Assembly: GCF_006345805.1 (NCBI RefSeq)
Contig: NC_043010.1
Coordinates: 10,168,001-10,232,000 of the forward strand
Direction of reading: 5' to 3'
Source: Octopus sinensis
Taxonomy: Eukaryota
Length of the DNA: 64,000 bases
A program made the position numbers and the translations under genes. Of this stretch, positions 1-11,724 are shown one piece after another (positions within the stretch are counted from its first letter, which is position 1; each line of letters starts with the position of its first letter). Under the pieces are notes generated by a model. It saw nothing but the letters and a program-made list of their open reading frames with translations, was not told the origin of the DNA and ran no database searches.

Positions 1-717
1 TTGGTCAGCTTAAGATTATAATAAAAGACACTTGCCCAAAATGCCACACATTTGGACAAAAGCCAGAACCATATATGTGTTTGTGTGTGTGTGTGTGTGT
101 GTATTAAACATAAATGTATATACATATATATATGCATCTTACTTCAACAGAAGAAGATGGTGCAATACTTGCTTGGCTGAGAGGACAATGATACTAAAAA
201 AAAAATTCATGTAATCTGAGTACTTTCTTGAACACAAAAAGCGAAATTTTTAGTCATTGCTCTCATGATTGAAAATTTGTTTTGGAAATGTAGTGTTCCC
301 AGTTTGTGGACAAGTGAACAAAAAAATATACATAAACAGGCCCATTTCAAACACACTGGGAATTTGTTCAAAGGGAGGTAACTCTATCCTTCTGGAATAG
401 GTACTTTTCTTTCAAGGATTTTTTTGGTTTTTTTTTGTTTCAGGGTATTGTTTTCACTAATAGACTGTATTTTTTCCTCTATTAATAAAGAGATCATGTG
501 CCTCTCGCTAGCAAAGCTGATGACTTTCCAATTGCAATAGGGAAAGTGAAACTAATGTTCACTTTGTGACCAGGAAACTTTAGTTTAAATATGTTTGTGA
601 CATATGTCAACTTTTAAAGCAAATTTACGCCAGTTACCATTGAGAAAAAAATTCTCTCCTTAGCTAAAAAGATGTAAAAACACCATATCTGTCCCATGTA
701 GCCCTCTGTAGATTCTC

Positions 718-3195
718 AGATGCAACACTAACTTCAGGAAACCTACCAGCCACCTAGTCACTTACCAATCGGGCCAACATACCAGCCAAATTGACTACAT
801 CCTTACAAGGCAAAGGGAGAGATGGCTGCTTATAAATGCCAAAACCTTCCCAGGTTAAGAATGTACCCCACAACATAGACTGGTAGTTAGTGACTTTAGG
901 ATCAGGACTAGGAGGACAACCAGAAGACGACAAATATGGAGAAGAAGGATCTGGAAGCTTAAAGATCCTGCAAATGGACAGAGATTTAGGGACATATTAC
1001 TTGAAGCCTCTGACGAAGTAGAAGGGGATAGAGCATCACAGGGGGTAGAAGACAGCTGGACGTTTCTAAGGGACAACCTGCTGAGAGCCACTGACCAGAT
1101 CTGTGGTGGTGCAAAGTCCCCTCTCGACCTAGAATAACGTGGTGGTGGAACAATATTGTAGACAGGGCTATTAGAGAAAAGAGACAGGCTTGGAAGGTCT
1201 GGAAAAAGGGGGTAGCAGGGAATTGTATCAGACTGCCAAAAGAGAAGCTAGGAGACAGGTTTATTTAGCCAGAGGGGAAGCAGATAAGAAAAAATTTGCC
1301 AATGTTCTGCGCCGTGAGGACCAAAGACTGGAGGTGTTTCGTGTTGCAAGACAGTGTGTGAGAGAGAATCGTGATGTGGTGGAGAGAGAGAAGTGTGTTC
1401 GCATGGAAGATGGTTCACTTGCGCTAAATGAGGATGCAAAGAGAGAGGTTTGGAGATGCCACTATGAAAGGTTGCTGAATGAAGAAAATGAATGGGATAA
1501 AGAGAGTCTGCCGAATGTTGACCAACAGAGGGACCAGCTATCCGAGTTGATAGTTCTGTGGTAGCTAAGGCAATTAGAAGCATGAAGACAGGGAAAGCCC
1601 CAGGCCCATCAGGAATCACTGCAGAGATGCTCAAAATGTCTGGTAGTGTCGGCTATAGCCTAGTCACCCGTATAGTTAATCAGGTGATACACAAAGGGGT
1701 CATACCCAATGACTGGTGTAGCAGTATAATAGTCAACTGCTACAAAGGTAAAGGTGATGCCCTAGATACAAATAACTACAGAGGTATCAAGCTGTTGGAC
1801 CAGGTGATGAAGTTACGGAGAGGGTCATAGCCCAACTAATTAGAGAGAGAGTTAGTTTAGATGAGATGCAGTTTGGGTTTGTGCAGGGAAAAGTACTACT
1901 GATGCTATATTCCTGGTAAGGCAGCTGCAGGAGAAATACCTAGCCAAAGATAAGCCCCTGTACCTGGCTTTTGTTGACATGGAGAAAGCCTTCGACAGGG
2001 TCCCCCGATCCCTTATCTGGTGGGCAATGAGAAAACTAGGGATAGATGAATGGTTAGTGAGAGCTGGCGGGCCATGTATAGGGACGCCGCTAGTAGGGTG
2101 AGGGTTGGAAATGAGTACAGTGAAGAATTCCGGGTAGAGGTAGGGGTCCACCAAGGCTCAGTACTCAGCCCCCTCCTATTTATCTTAGTCCTCCAGGCAA
2201 TAACGGAGGAATTCAAGACAGGATGCCCTTGGGAGCTCCTCTATGCTATGACCTTGCTCTAATTGCTGAGTCGCTATCAGAACTGGAGGAGAAGTTTCAG
2301 GTGTGGAAACAAGGATTAGAATCGAAGGGCCTCAGAGTCAATCTAGCTAAAACCAAAGTCGTAATCAGTAGGAAGGTAGACAAATCACAAACACCTTCAG
2401 GTAGATGGCCCTGCTTGATCTGTAGAAAAGGTGTAGGTAGAAACTCTATAAGATGCACCAAGTGTAAGCTATGGACACATAAGAGATGCAGCAATGTCAA
2501 AGGAAGGCTAACTAGGAAGATGGTTTTTGTATGTGGCAATGCTCAGGAACAATAAACACTGAAAATGCTCTGAGACCAACTTCCGTCACTTTCCAGGGAG
2601 AAAAACTAGAAATAGTTGATAGTTTCCGTTACCTAGGTGACCAAGTCAGCAGCGGGGGCGGGTGTGCTGAAAGTGTAACTGCTAGAGTAAGAATAGCTTG
2701 GGCAAAGTTCAGAGAGCTCTTACCTCTGCTGGTGACAAAAGGCCTCTCGCACAGAGTGAAAGGCAGACTGTATGATGCGTGTGTACGAACAGCCATGCTA
2801 CATGGCAGTGAAACATGGGCCGTGACTGCTGAGGATATGCGTAAGCTCGCTAGAAATGAAGCCAGTATGCTCCGATGGATGTGTAATGCCGGTACTCACA
2901 CTCGGCAGAGTGTAAGTACTTGAGAGAGAAAAGCTGGACCTAAGAAGCATCAGTTGTGGTGTGCAAGAGAGACTTTTGCGCTGGTATGGTCATGTGGCGA
3001 GAATGGATGAAGATAGTTGTGTGAAAAAGTGCCACACCCTAGCGGTTGAGGGAACCTGGGAAGAGGCAGACCCAGGAAAACCTGGGACGAGGTGTGAAGC
3101 ACGACCTTCGAACTTTAGGTCTCACTGAGGAAATGACTAGAGACCGAGACCTCTGGAAGTGTGCTGTGCGCGAGAAGACCCGGCAGGACAAGTGA
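718..3195 (+). pseudogene. Disrupted APE-RT ORF of the RTE element
   Basis: ORF-track pieces 1190-1564, 1558-1830, 2050-2262, 2223-2555 and 2531-2923 are consecutive parts of one protein. There is an in-frame TAA near 875, many frameshifts, and a terminal TGA at 3193-3195. Confidence 0.9.
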
Positions 3196-3810
3196 GTCCA
3201 CAACCCGTGGCCTTCTACATGGGATGGAGCCAGCCTACGTATGCATACCTTCCCTTCTTGGGACACAAAACTCTACTTGTGAAGACGTGTTGAGGCAAGT
3301 GAGGATCAGAATCGAAATCGATCAATGGAAAATGCGGATGTGCTACCAGTGCCGGTGGCATGTCGAAACTCTGCTTGTGAAGACCCATTGAGGCAAGTGA
3401 GGATCAGAATCGAAATCGATCAATGGAAATCGATCAATGGAAATTGCAGATGTGTTACCAGTGCCGGTGGCATGTAAGAGAACTTTCTGTTTCGCGACCG
3501 TTGCCAGCACCGCCCCATTTCGTGTCCGTTGCCAGCCTCGCCTGGCCCTCGTGCCGGTGGCACATAAAAAGCACCATCCGTTCGTGGCCGTTTGCCAGCT
3601 CTGTCTGGCACCAGTGCGGGTGGCACATAAAAAGCACCCACTACACTCACAGAGTGGTTGGCGTTAGGAAGGGCATCCAGCCGTAGAAACACTGCCAGAT
3701 TTGACTGGGCCTGATGAAGCCTTCTGGCTTCACAGACCCCAGTAGAACCGTCCAACCCATGCTAGCATGGAAAACGGACGCTAAATGATGATGATGATGA
3801 TGATGATGAT
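718..3810 (+). mobile_element. RTE-clade non-LTR retrotransposon (LINE), 5'-truncated and degenerate
   Basis: Translates across frameshifts into the end of an APE endonuclease (QIDYIL, QHRLVVSDF), then RT motifs (NYRGIKLL, LAFVDMEKAFDRV, GVHQGSVLSPLLF, YA[D]D with a 1-nt deletion near 2247, FRYLG) and an RTE C-terminus (MLHGSETW, LRWYGHV-like, GRPRKTW). The 3' UTR ends in (GAT)n at 3786-3810. Confidence 0.95.
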
Positions 3811-3970
3811 TTCTAGCTCTTTAGTCATTATCAAAGGGAAATACCAAAGAGAGATAACTCTGGACAGACTGCATTTTAGTTGAAGCTGTAGCTGACTCCC
3901 AGTCAGAAGAAATTCAGCAGTATCAAGAACAAACAGTGTGTTCAGAGTTACCTCTCTTCAGTATTGTATA

Positions 3971-4206
3971 TAGGCACAGGAGTGGATGTGTGGTAAGTAG
4001 CTTGTTTACCAACCACATGGTTCCGGGTTCAGTCCCACTGTGTGGCACCTTGGGCAAGTGTCTTCTACTATAGCCTCGGGCCGACCAAAGCCTTGTGGGT
4101 GGATTTGGTAGGTGGAAACTGAAAGAAGCTCTGAGTTGCTTGATTAAAGGCAGTGCTCCAGCATGGCCGCAGTCAAATGACTGAAACAAGTAAAAGAGAA
4201 AGAGAT
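3971..4206 (+). mobile_element. SINE family A with an internal deletion
   Basis: tRNA-like head (A box AGTGGATGTGTGGT, B box GGTTCAGTCCC) is joined directly to the 3' tail; the central microsatellite region is absent. Confidence 0.85.
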
Positions 4207-4209
4207 ATA

Positions 4210-4385
4210 TATGTGTGTGTGCACATGACAGGTTCCTTTCAATTTCTGTCAACCAAATCCATAAATCCATTCAGAAGGCTTTGGTCAGCCTGAGGCTGTA
4301 GTAGAAGATATGCAAAGTGCCATGCAGTTGGACTGAACCCAGAACAACGGTTGGGAAGCAAACTTCTTACCATACAACCACACCT
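4210..4385 (-). mobile_element. SINE family A head, degenerate
   Basis: Diverged reverse complement of the family A head. Confidence 0.65.
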
Positions 4386-5084
4386 GGATCCAGTATATAT
4401 ACAGTAATATCTTTATTTTATATTGCATTTTGTGAATATAACATCATTGTATACAGGTTTACAACAGGCCAATCAGTAGTTCACAGTATTTCTGATGGCA
4501 GAAGTATCAATGGAGTATTCGTGAGTTGTGGAAGATCTAATATTGTAAAGGACTTTGTTTAAAGTGTACTGTCACTTTCCTTTTCCCCATTTATGTTATT
4601 TTCTTTCATGGGTGTATATAAAAAAAATAAAATTATAGAATACATGATTATGACTGACTAGAAATTTTAGGAAATTTTAAAATTAAATACGATAACTAAA
4701 TGTATGTCCTTGATATCCTTCGATTTCAAATTCAAATTTCTAATCCCACCTCATACTGTGAGGAGAAGGTTACCTCCCTTGTATTAATGGCCATCACCAG
4801 AGGGCACCATAAGTGTGTGTGTATGTACACAGAGAGGTAGTGAGAGCGGTCAAAATGTCAAGTATTATTTTGATAAAAATTGTTCAATTTATTTTCTTTT
4901 GCAGAACTTTAAGAAAATTACAGAAGATTAAATAACAATAATTAATTGTTGAATCCAAGGAAAGAATATAACAAGATCAGAATTAAGTATGAGAAGAAAT
5001 TCAACAAAGTTGGTGGTGCACACAAGGCAATATGAGAATTAGCAAACAGATTTCTTTCCTCATATACAGAACAGGTGCAAAAAC

Positions 5085-5173
<89 letters not shown>

Positions 5174-5214
5174 AGCAATGATCTATTGGTCATGATGACG
5201 AAGGTTCCCAGGGA

Positions 5215-5490
5215 TATGACCAATGGAACATCCTGTTCCCGAAATTAAAATGCAAGTGGCTGAGTACTCCACAGACATGCTTACTCTTAATGTAGTTCTC
5301 AGGGAGATTCAGAGTGTGACAGAATGTGATACGGATGGCCCTTTGAATTGCAGGTACAACTTATTTTTGCCAGCTGAGTGGATTGGAGCAATGTGAAATA
5401 ATGTATCTTGCTCAAGGACATAACACACCATCAGGAATTGAACTCACAGCCTTACAACTCTGAGTTGAATACCCTAACCACTAAGCCATG
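5215..5490 (-). mobile_element. CORE-type tRNA SINE (head D, tail X)
   Basis: Reverse complement of TGGCTTAGTGGTTAGGG...CTTGAGCAAGATAC...TCCAATCCACTCAGCTGGCAAAAAT, the same layout as 51795-52125. Confidence 0.75.
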
Positions 5491-5590
5491 TGATTTCACC
5501 ACACACACATTCACACATGCATGAACACACATACACATACACATACGTGAACACACACAAACACACACACAGACATGCACACAGACACAT

Positions 5591-5800
5591 CATCATCATC
5601 ATCATTTAACGTCTGTCATCCATGCTGGTATAGGTTGGACTGTTTGACCAGGGCTGGCTAGCTGGAAGACTGCACCAGACACCACTCTGCTTTGGCATGG
5701 TTTCTACGGCTGGATGCCGTTCCTAATGCCAACCACTCTGAGAGTGTAATGGGTGCATTTACATGCCACTGGCACAGGTGCCATTTGTGCGACACTGGTA
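5591..5800 (-). mobile_element. RTE LINE 3' end fragment
   Basis: (CAT)n followed by TTTAACGTCTGTCATCCATGCTGG..., the reverse complement of the 3' UTR at 3630-3810. Confidence 0.8.
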
Positions 5801-6131
5801 TCTGCCACGAATGCACTTTTACTTAGCTTGATGGGGCTTCTTTTCAAGCATGGCATAGTGCCAAATGGACTCGGTCATTGCCTCAGTGAGGCTCAACATT
5901 CGAAGCCCAGCATAATACCAAATGGTCTCAGTCCTTGCCTCTATTGGAGAATACACAAGAGTGATATTAAGGTCCTTGGAAGGAGTCAATGCCAGAGTAT
6001 TGAGTCCATCATTTTACAGCAACACTGACTCTGATGGGTGGACTGTTTGGTGAGAACAGAGAACTGCAGGATTTTGAAGCAACCCCTGTATTATGAATTG
6101 AGGAATGGAAAGCATCCAGCTTATGAATCTA

Positions 6132-7403
6132 CAGGGGTTGGACAAAATAATGGGACCACCTAGCATCATAGCATCATAATTTTGAAATATCTATAAAACC
6201 ACCAAAAGCTTGTTTATTTATATGATTTTTGATTTATGTTTTAGTGTTGCTTAAAATGTTTTGCTAATATTGCTGTTTCTTTGCAGATATCATTAGAAAG
6301 AGGTAATTAAAATTCATTAGAATCTACCAGACTTCCAAAGAGGTCAAATTGTTGGTGCTTGTATGGCAGGTGCTAGAATAACGAAAACAGCTGAATTGTT
6401 TGGTGTATCAAGAAGTGCTGTCTCGAAAGTAATGACAGCCTTTGAGAAAGTGGGAAAAACCTCCCCATCGAAACAAAACTCCAGAAGAAAACCAAAACTT
6501 TCAGATATGGACTGTCGGACTCTTACACGAATTGTTAAAACGAATCACAAATGTACAGCTCCCAAAATTACTGCAGAGCTTAATGACCATCTTGAGAACC
6601 CAGTTTCCACAAAAACTGTTCCCAAAAACTGCTCACAAAGCCAGATTTCATGGGAAAACTTCAATCAGAAAACCACTACTTTAAAAAACAACCGTTGCAA
6701 AGTATTTACAGTGGAGTAAAAACCTACAGAATTGGTCCCTAAAGTAGTGGAAGAATGTTATTTTCTTGGATGTGTCATCCTTTACCTTATTTCTGACCAC
6801 CGGCCAAGTATACATGTGGAGACAGCCAAAAGAAGCATTTGACCCAGACTGCCTTCTCCCAACAGTTAAACATGGAGGGGGATCTGTGATGATGTGGGGA
6901 GCTATATCTTGGAAATCCGCTGGGCCAATGGTTTCCCTTCATGGCAGAATTTATAGTCAAGACTATTTAAGCAATTTATCTGATCAAATTCATCCTATGA
7001 CTGCGGTACTGTTTCCAGAGGGAAACACAATCTTTCAGGATGATAATGCACCAATTCACACAGCTAAAGTTGTTACTGAATGGCACGAGGAATATTCTAG
7101 TGAAGTTGAACATCTTGTCTGGCCACCACAGTCCCCAGATCTCAATATTATCGAATATTTATGATGCATTTTAGAAAAATAAGTAAGGAGTTGATATCCT
7201 CCACCATCATCACTACAAGAACTGGAGACTGTTTTAGCTGAAGAATGGACCAAAATTCCATTCCTTTGGAAGCAATTCAAACTTTGTACGAGACCATACC
7301 TTGTAGAATTTAAGCTGTAATTATTGCCAAAGGCGGTCCTACCTCATATTAAAATAAATTTGTTTGAAATTTTAAAGTGTTTCCATTATTTTGTCCAACC
7401 CTG
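6132..7403 (+). mobile_element. Tc1/mariner superfamily DNA transposon, Tc1-like DD36E, full length (1272 bp)
   Basis: TIRs CAGGGGTTGGACAAAATAATGG (from 6132) and CCATTATTTTGTCCAACCCTG (to 7403), with TA target duplications at 6130-6131 and 7404-7405. Confidence 0.95.
6320..7352 (+). pseudogene. Tc1-like transposase pseudogene
   Basis: HTH region (DFQRGQIVGA...AELFGVSRSAVSKV), VIFLDVSSF, GGGSVMMWGAI, IFQDDNAPIH, WPPQSPDLNIIE and a GGPTSY* end. Frameshift near 6625 and several premature stops. Confidence 0.92.
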
Positions 7404-7561
7404 TATATGTACATACAAATGCTTTTAGTTCCCGTATACCAAATTGACCTCGAGGCTGTGGTTGGCCCAGGGCTATGTAGTAGAAGATACTTGCCCAAGA
7501 TGCCATGCAGTGGGATTGAACCCAATACCATGATTATCTCTCCTCTTGACAATCAGTGTTA

Positions 7562-8121
7562 GTTTACTCTTTTACTTGTTTCAGTCATTTAACTGGACCA
7601 ATGCTGGAGCACCGACTTTAGTCGAGCAAATCGACTCCAGGACTTATTCTTTTGTAAGCCTAGTACTTATTCCATCGGTCTCTTTTGCCGAACTGCTGAG
7701 TTACGGGGACGCAAACACACCAGCATCGGTTGTCAAGCGATGTTGTGGGGACAAACACAGACACAAACATATATACACACATACATATATACGACGGGCT
7801 TCTTTCAGTTTCCGTCTACCAAATCCACTCACAAGGCTTTGGTCGGCCCGAGGCTATAGTAGAAGACACTTGCCCAAGGTGCCACACAGTGGGACTGAAC
7901 CCGGATCCATGTGGTTGGTAAGCAAGCTACTTACCACACAGCCACTCACATATATACGACGGGCTTCTTTTCAGTTTCTGTCTACCAAATCCACTCACAA
8001 GGCTTTGGTCGGCCCGAGGCTATAGCAGAAGACACTTGCCCAAGGTGCCACGCAGTGGGACTGAACCCCGAACCATGTGGCTGGTAAGCAAGCTACTTAC
8101 CACACAGCTACTCCTACACCT
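7562..8121 (-). mobile_element. SINE family A with a tandemly duplicated head
   Basis: Tail at 7562-7760, then two successive ~165-bp head modules at about 7790-7948 and 7949-8121. Confidence 0.9.
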
Positions 8122-8204
8122 GTTTTGTTTATGTCATCATAACTTAGCAGTTTGGCAAAAGGGACTGATAGAATAAGGTCCAGACTTTAAAAAAATTATA
8201 AGTA

Positions 8205-8615
8205 AGGCGCAGGAGTGGCTGTGTGGTAAGTAGCTTGTTTACCAACCACGTGGTTCCGGGTTCAGTCCCACTGCGTGGCACCTTGGGCAAGTGTCTTCTG
8301 CTATAGCCCCGGGCCGACCAAAGCCTTGTGAGTGGATTTGGTGGATGGAAATTGAAAGAAGCCCGTCGTATATATGTATATATATATATGTATGTGCATG
8401 TATGTTTGTGTGTCTGTGTTTGTCTCCCTAGCATTGCTTGACAGCCGATGCTGGTGTGTTTATGTCCCCGTTATTTAGCGGTTCGGCAAAAGAGACCAAT
8501 AGAATAAGTACTGGGCTTACAAAGAATAAGTCCCGAGGTCGAGTTGCTCGACTAAAGGCGGGGCTCCAGCATGGCCGCAGTCAAATGACTGAAACAAGTA
8601 AAAGAGTAAAGAGAG
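8205..8615 (+). mobile_element. SINE family A, full length
   Basis: Head AGGCGCAGGAGTGGCTGTGTGG...GGTTCAGTCCC, internal (TA)/(TG) tract, tail ending AAGTAAAAGAGTAAAGAG. Confidence 0.9.
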
Positions 8616-9095
8616 CTCAATTTTTATGACTAAACCCTCCAAAGCAGTGCCCCAGCATGGTCGCAGTCTGGTGCCTGAAACAAGTAAAAAATACAGAAAA
8701 GATAAATTCCCTGCTTGCTTGCTTACACGCGCGCGCATGCGTGCACACGTATGCGGGTGTGTACGTGTTTGTCTCAGAATCTGAATCTGAATAAATCTTT
8801 AAAAAGCAGTATTTTTTTAGGAAGAACGACTTCCCTGTCCGTTAATAACGTCAGTATCGAAGGGAGACAATTACGATAGACTTTACTGTAACCGAATACA
8901 ACAGAGCCAGTGCACACACGCACAGGCACTCACAAATACGTACACCCGCTCACGCTTTAGCCTGTTATTATTCCTTGAACTAGAATAAGTATATTATTTT
9001 CTTCCATAAAGTACCTCAACTGATATTCTAACACATATGATATCTAATTCCAGTTACAATCCTTCGTTATGATATAATTAAATATATATATATAT

Positions 9096-9311
9096 ACTCT
9101 TACTCTTTTACTCTTTTACTTGTTTCAGTCCTTTGACTGCGGCCATGCTGGAGCACCGCCTTTAGTCGAGCAAATCGACCCCGGGACTTATTCTTTTGTA
9201 AGCCCCAGTACTTATTCTATCGGTCTCTTTTTGCCGAACTGCTAAGTTACAGGGACGTAAAAACACCAGCATCGGTTGTCAAGCAATGCTAGGGGGACAA
9301 ACACAGACACA

Positions 9312-9362
<51 letters not shown>

Positions 9363-9509
9363 GCGACAGGCTTCTTTCAGTTTCTGTCTACCAAATCCAC
9401 TCACAAGGCATTGGTTGGCCCGGGGCTATAGCAGAAGACACTTGCTCAAGGTGCTACGCAGTGGGACTGAACCCGGAACCATGTGGTTGGTAGACAAGCT
9501 ACTTACCAC
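9096..9509 (-). mobile_element. SINE family A, near full length
   Basis: Reverse complement of the family A layout with a (CA)n(TA)n centre. Confidence 0.9.
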
Positions 9510-9683
9510 AAATCTGAATCAAAATAACTTCTATTCATTTTTAACATTATGTTTTCTCTCCATGGGCATTGAATTGGTGCTCCATTCTCTCTGTTTCTCA
9601 CGCTCTCTCTATCTATCTCACACACACACAAAAACACACCATACTCTCTCTCTCTCTCTATCTCTCTGCATATATATTTATAT

Positions 9684-9720
<37 letters not shown>

Positions 9721-9757
9721 CATATGTATATATATATATATATATATTATGTTTAGA

Positions 9758-9990
9758 GGGCGGTGAGCGGGCAGAAACGTTAGCATGCCGGGCGACTTGC
9801 ATAGCTGTATTTCGTCTGCCATTACGTTCTGGGTTCAAATTCCGCCGAGGTCAACTTTGCCTTTCATCCTTTCGGGGTTCGATAAATTAAGTACCAGTTA
9901 CGTACTGGAGTCGCTGTAATCGACTTAATACCTATGTCTGTCCTTGCTTGTCCCCTCTATGTTTAGCTCCTTGTAGGTAGTAAAGAAATA
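9758..9990 (+). mobile_element. SINE family B (tRNA-derived), full length
   Basis: GGCGGTGAGC(T/G)GGCAGAAACGTTAGC head, GGGTTCAAATTCC B-box-like motif, tail GTAGTAAAGAAATA. Confidence 0.88.
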
Positions 9991-10104
9991 TATATATATT
10001 ATGCTTCGGGGTGGTCATTTTTTTCCTTTTGCTAAATAAACACACACACTGACTATATATTCATTCTTCACTTCACATTTATTTTATTATAGTTCTTAAT
10101 CTAA

Positions 10105-10312
10105 GGCAGCAAGCTGGCAGAAACGTTAGCATGCTGGGTGAAATGCTTAGCAGTATTTTGTGTCTTTACATTCTGAGTTCTAATTCTGCCAAGGACTTTG
10201 CCTTCCATCCTTTCAGGGCCATTAAATTAAGTACCAGTTGCATTCTGGGTCGATCTAATTGACTGACCCCCTCCCCCAAAATTTTTGGCCTTGTGCCTAA
10301 ATTAGAAAAGAT
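10105..10312 (+). mobile_element. SINE family B, diverged
   Basis: Same head and body as 9758-9990, with a variant tail. Confidence 0.8.
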
Positions 10313-10519
10313 TATTGTTCTTATTCTATGTCCTATGTCTGGAAATCTTTCATCATTCATCTGGTGACCTCTTCAGTTACTCTCCATCTCATGCGTCTCC
10401 TCCTGTCCTGTTTGGGTCCATATACATACATACATATGTGTGTATGTGTGTGTGTGTGCATATATATACATGTATGTATGCATACATATAAAGATATATA
10501 TCTATTTATCTGTGTGTGT

Positions 10520-10720
10520 GTGTGTGTGTGTCCACCACTGCTTGACAACTGGTATGGTGAGTTTACATCACTGTAACTTAGGGATTCAGCAAAATAAACC
10601 AATAAAATAAGTGCAAAGCTTAAAAAAAAAGAAATACTGGGGTTGATTCATTCTACTAAAATTCTTCAAGGCAGTGCCCCAGCATGGCCACAGTCTAATG
10701 ACTGAAACAAGTAAAAGATA
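10520..10720 (+). mobile_element. SINE family A tail
   Basis: CTGCTTGACAACTGG...GACTGAAACAAGTAAAAG. Confidence 0.75.
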
Positions 10721-10993
10721 TATATATCTCAGCAGAAATTGCAAAGAAAATCTGGAACTTGACTGAGGAAAGAAAGCTCAGAATGACCTGTCCTTGTTTT
10801 CTTTGTCCCATTTTGTATTTATATATATATATAATATATATATATATATAATAATATATTTATATATATAATATATATAATATTTACATAATATATATAC
10901 AATAATATATATATACACACATATATATATATATGTATATACATATGCATATATATATATGGTGTATATATTATATATATATATAATAATATC

Positions 10994-11025
<32 letters not shown>

Positions 11026-11035
11026 ATATTATATA

Positions 11036-11190
11036 TAGGTGCAGGAGTGGTTGTGTAGTAAGAAGCTTGCTTTCCAACCACATAACTCTGGGTTCATTTC
11101 CACTGTGTGACACTTTGGCCTTGGGCTGACCAAAGACTTTTGAGTGGGTTTCATAGATGGAAACTGAAAGAAGCACAATTGTATATACAC
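11036..11190 (+). mobile_element. SINE family A head
   Basis: AGGTGCAGGAGTGGTTGTG...GAAACTGAAAGAAGC. Confidence 0.75.
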
Positions 11191-11218
11191 ACACATATAT
11201 ATATATATTATATATATA

Positions 11219-11278
<60 letters not shown>

Positions 11279-11724
11279 ATACATATAAACAACACGTATA
11301 TATATATATATATGAAAGTATATGATGATGATGATGATGATGATGATGAAATGATGAAAGTCTATGAGAATTACTTATTACAGTTTTTGAAGTGTAAATG
11401 TGATTTTTTTTAAAAATAGTTTTTCTAAAAAATGTTATGAAATTTTTTATGAAGATGTTACTAACTTTTTGGGGAAAGAAGTTTTTCTGGTGTGTGAGTG
11501 CTTTCATTTAACCTTTTCAAACACACACACACACACTCACACACACACACACATTCACTCACACACTTATGTATGTATATATATATATATACATATGTGT
11601 GTGAGTGTATGTGATCACATGCATGATCTTTGCACATTGGAAGTATAATGTTTATATGGTTTTAAATTATATTTATTAAGTATATTTTTCATATAAATAT
11701 TAGAATAGAATAAGACTAAAGATC

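Noticed and set aside
3709-3735. CTGATGAAGCC-TTCT-GGCT, resembling a hammerhead core and stem II
   Set aside because: No GAAA follows, and other copies of this RTE UTR read CCTGGTGCAGCC, so it is a chance mutation.
3850-3960. Short inverted GAGATAACTCTG / CAGAGTTACCTC pair, with similar motifs near 375 and 23970
   Set aside because: It is probably a decayed mollusc-type MITE, but its ends and TSD cannot be defined.
10750-10800. CTGAGGA core-like motif in a TA-ended fragment
   Set aside because: GAAA and the helices are too degraded to support a call.
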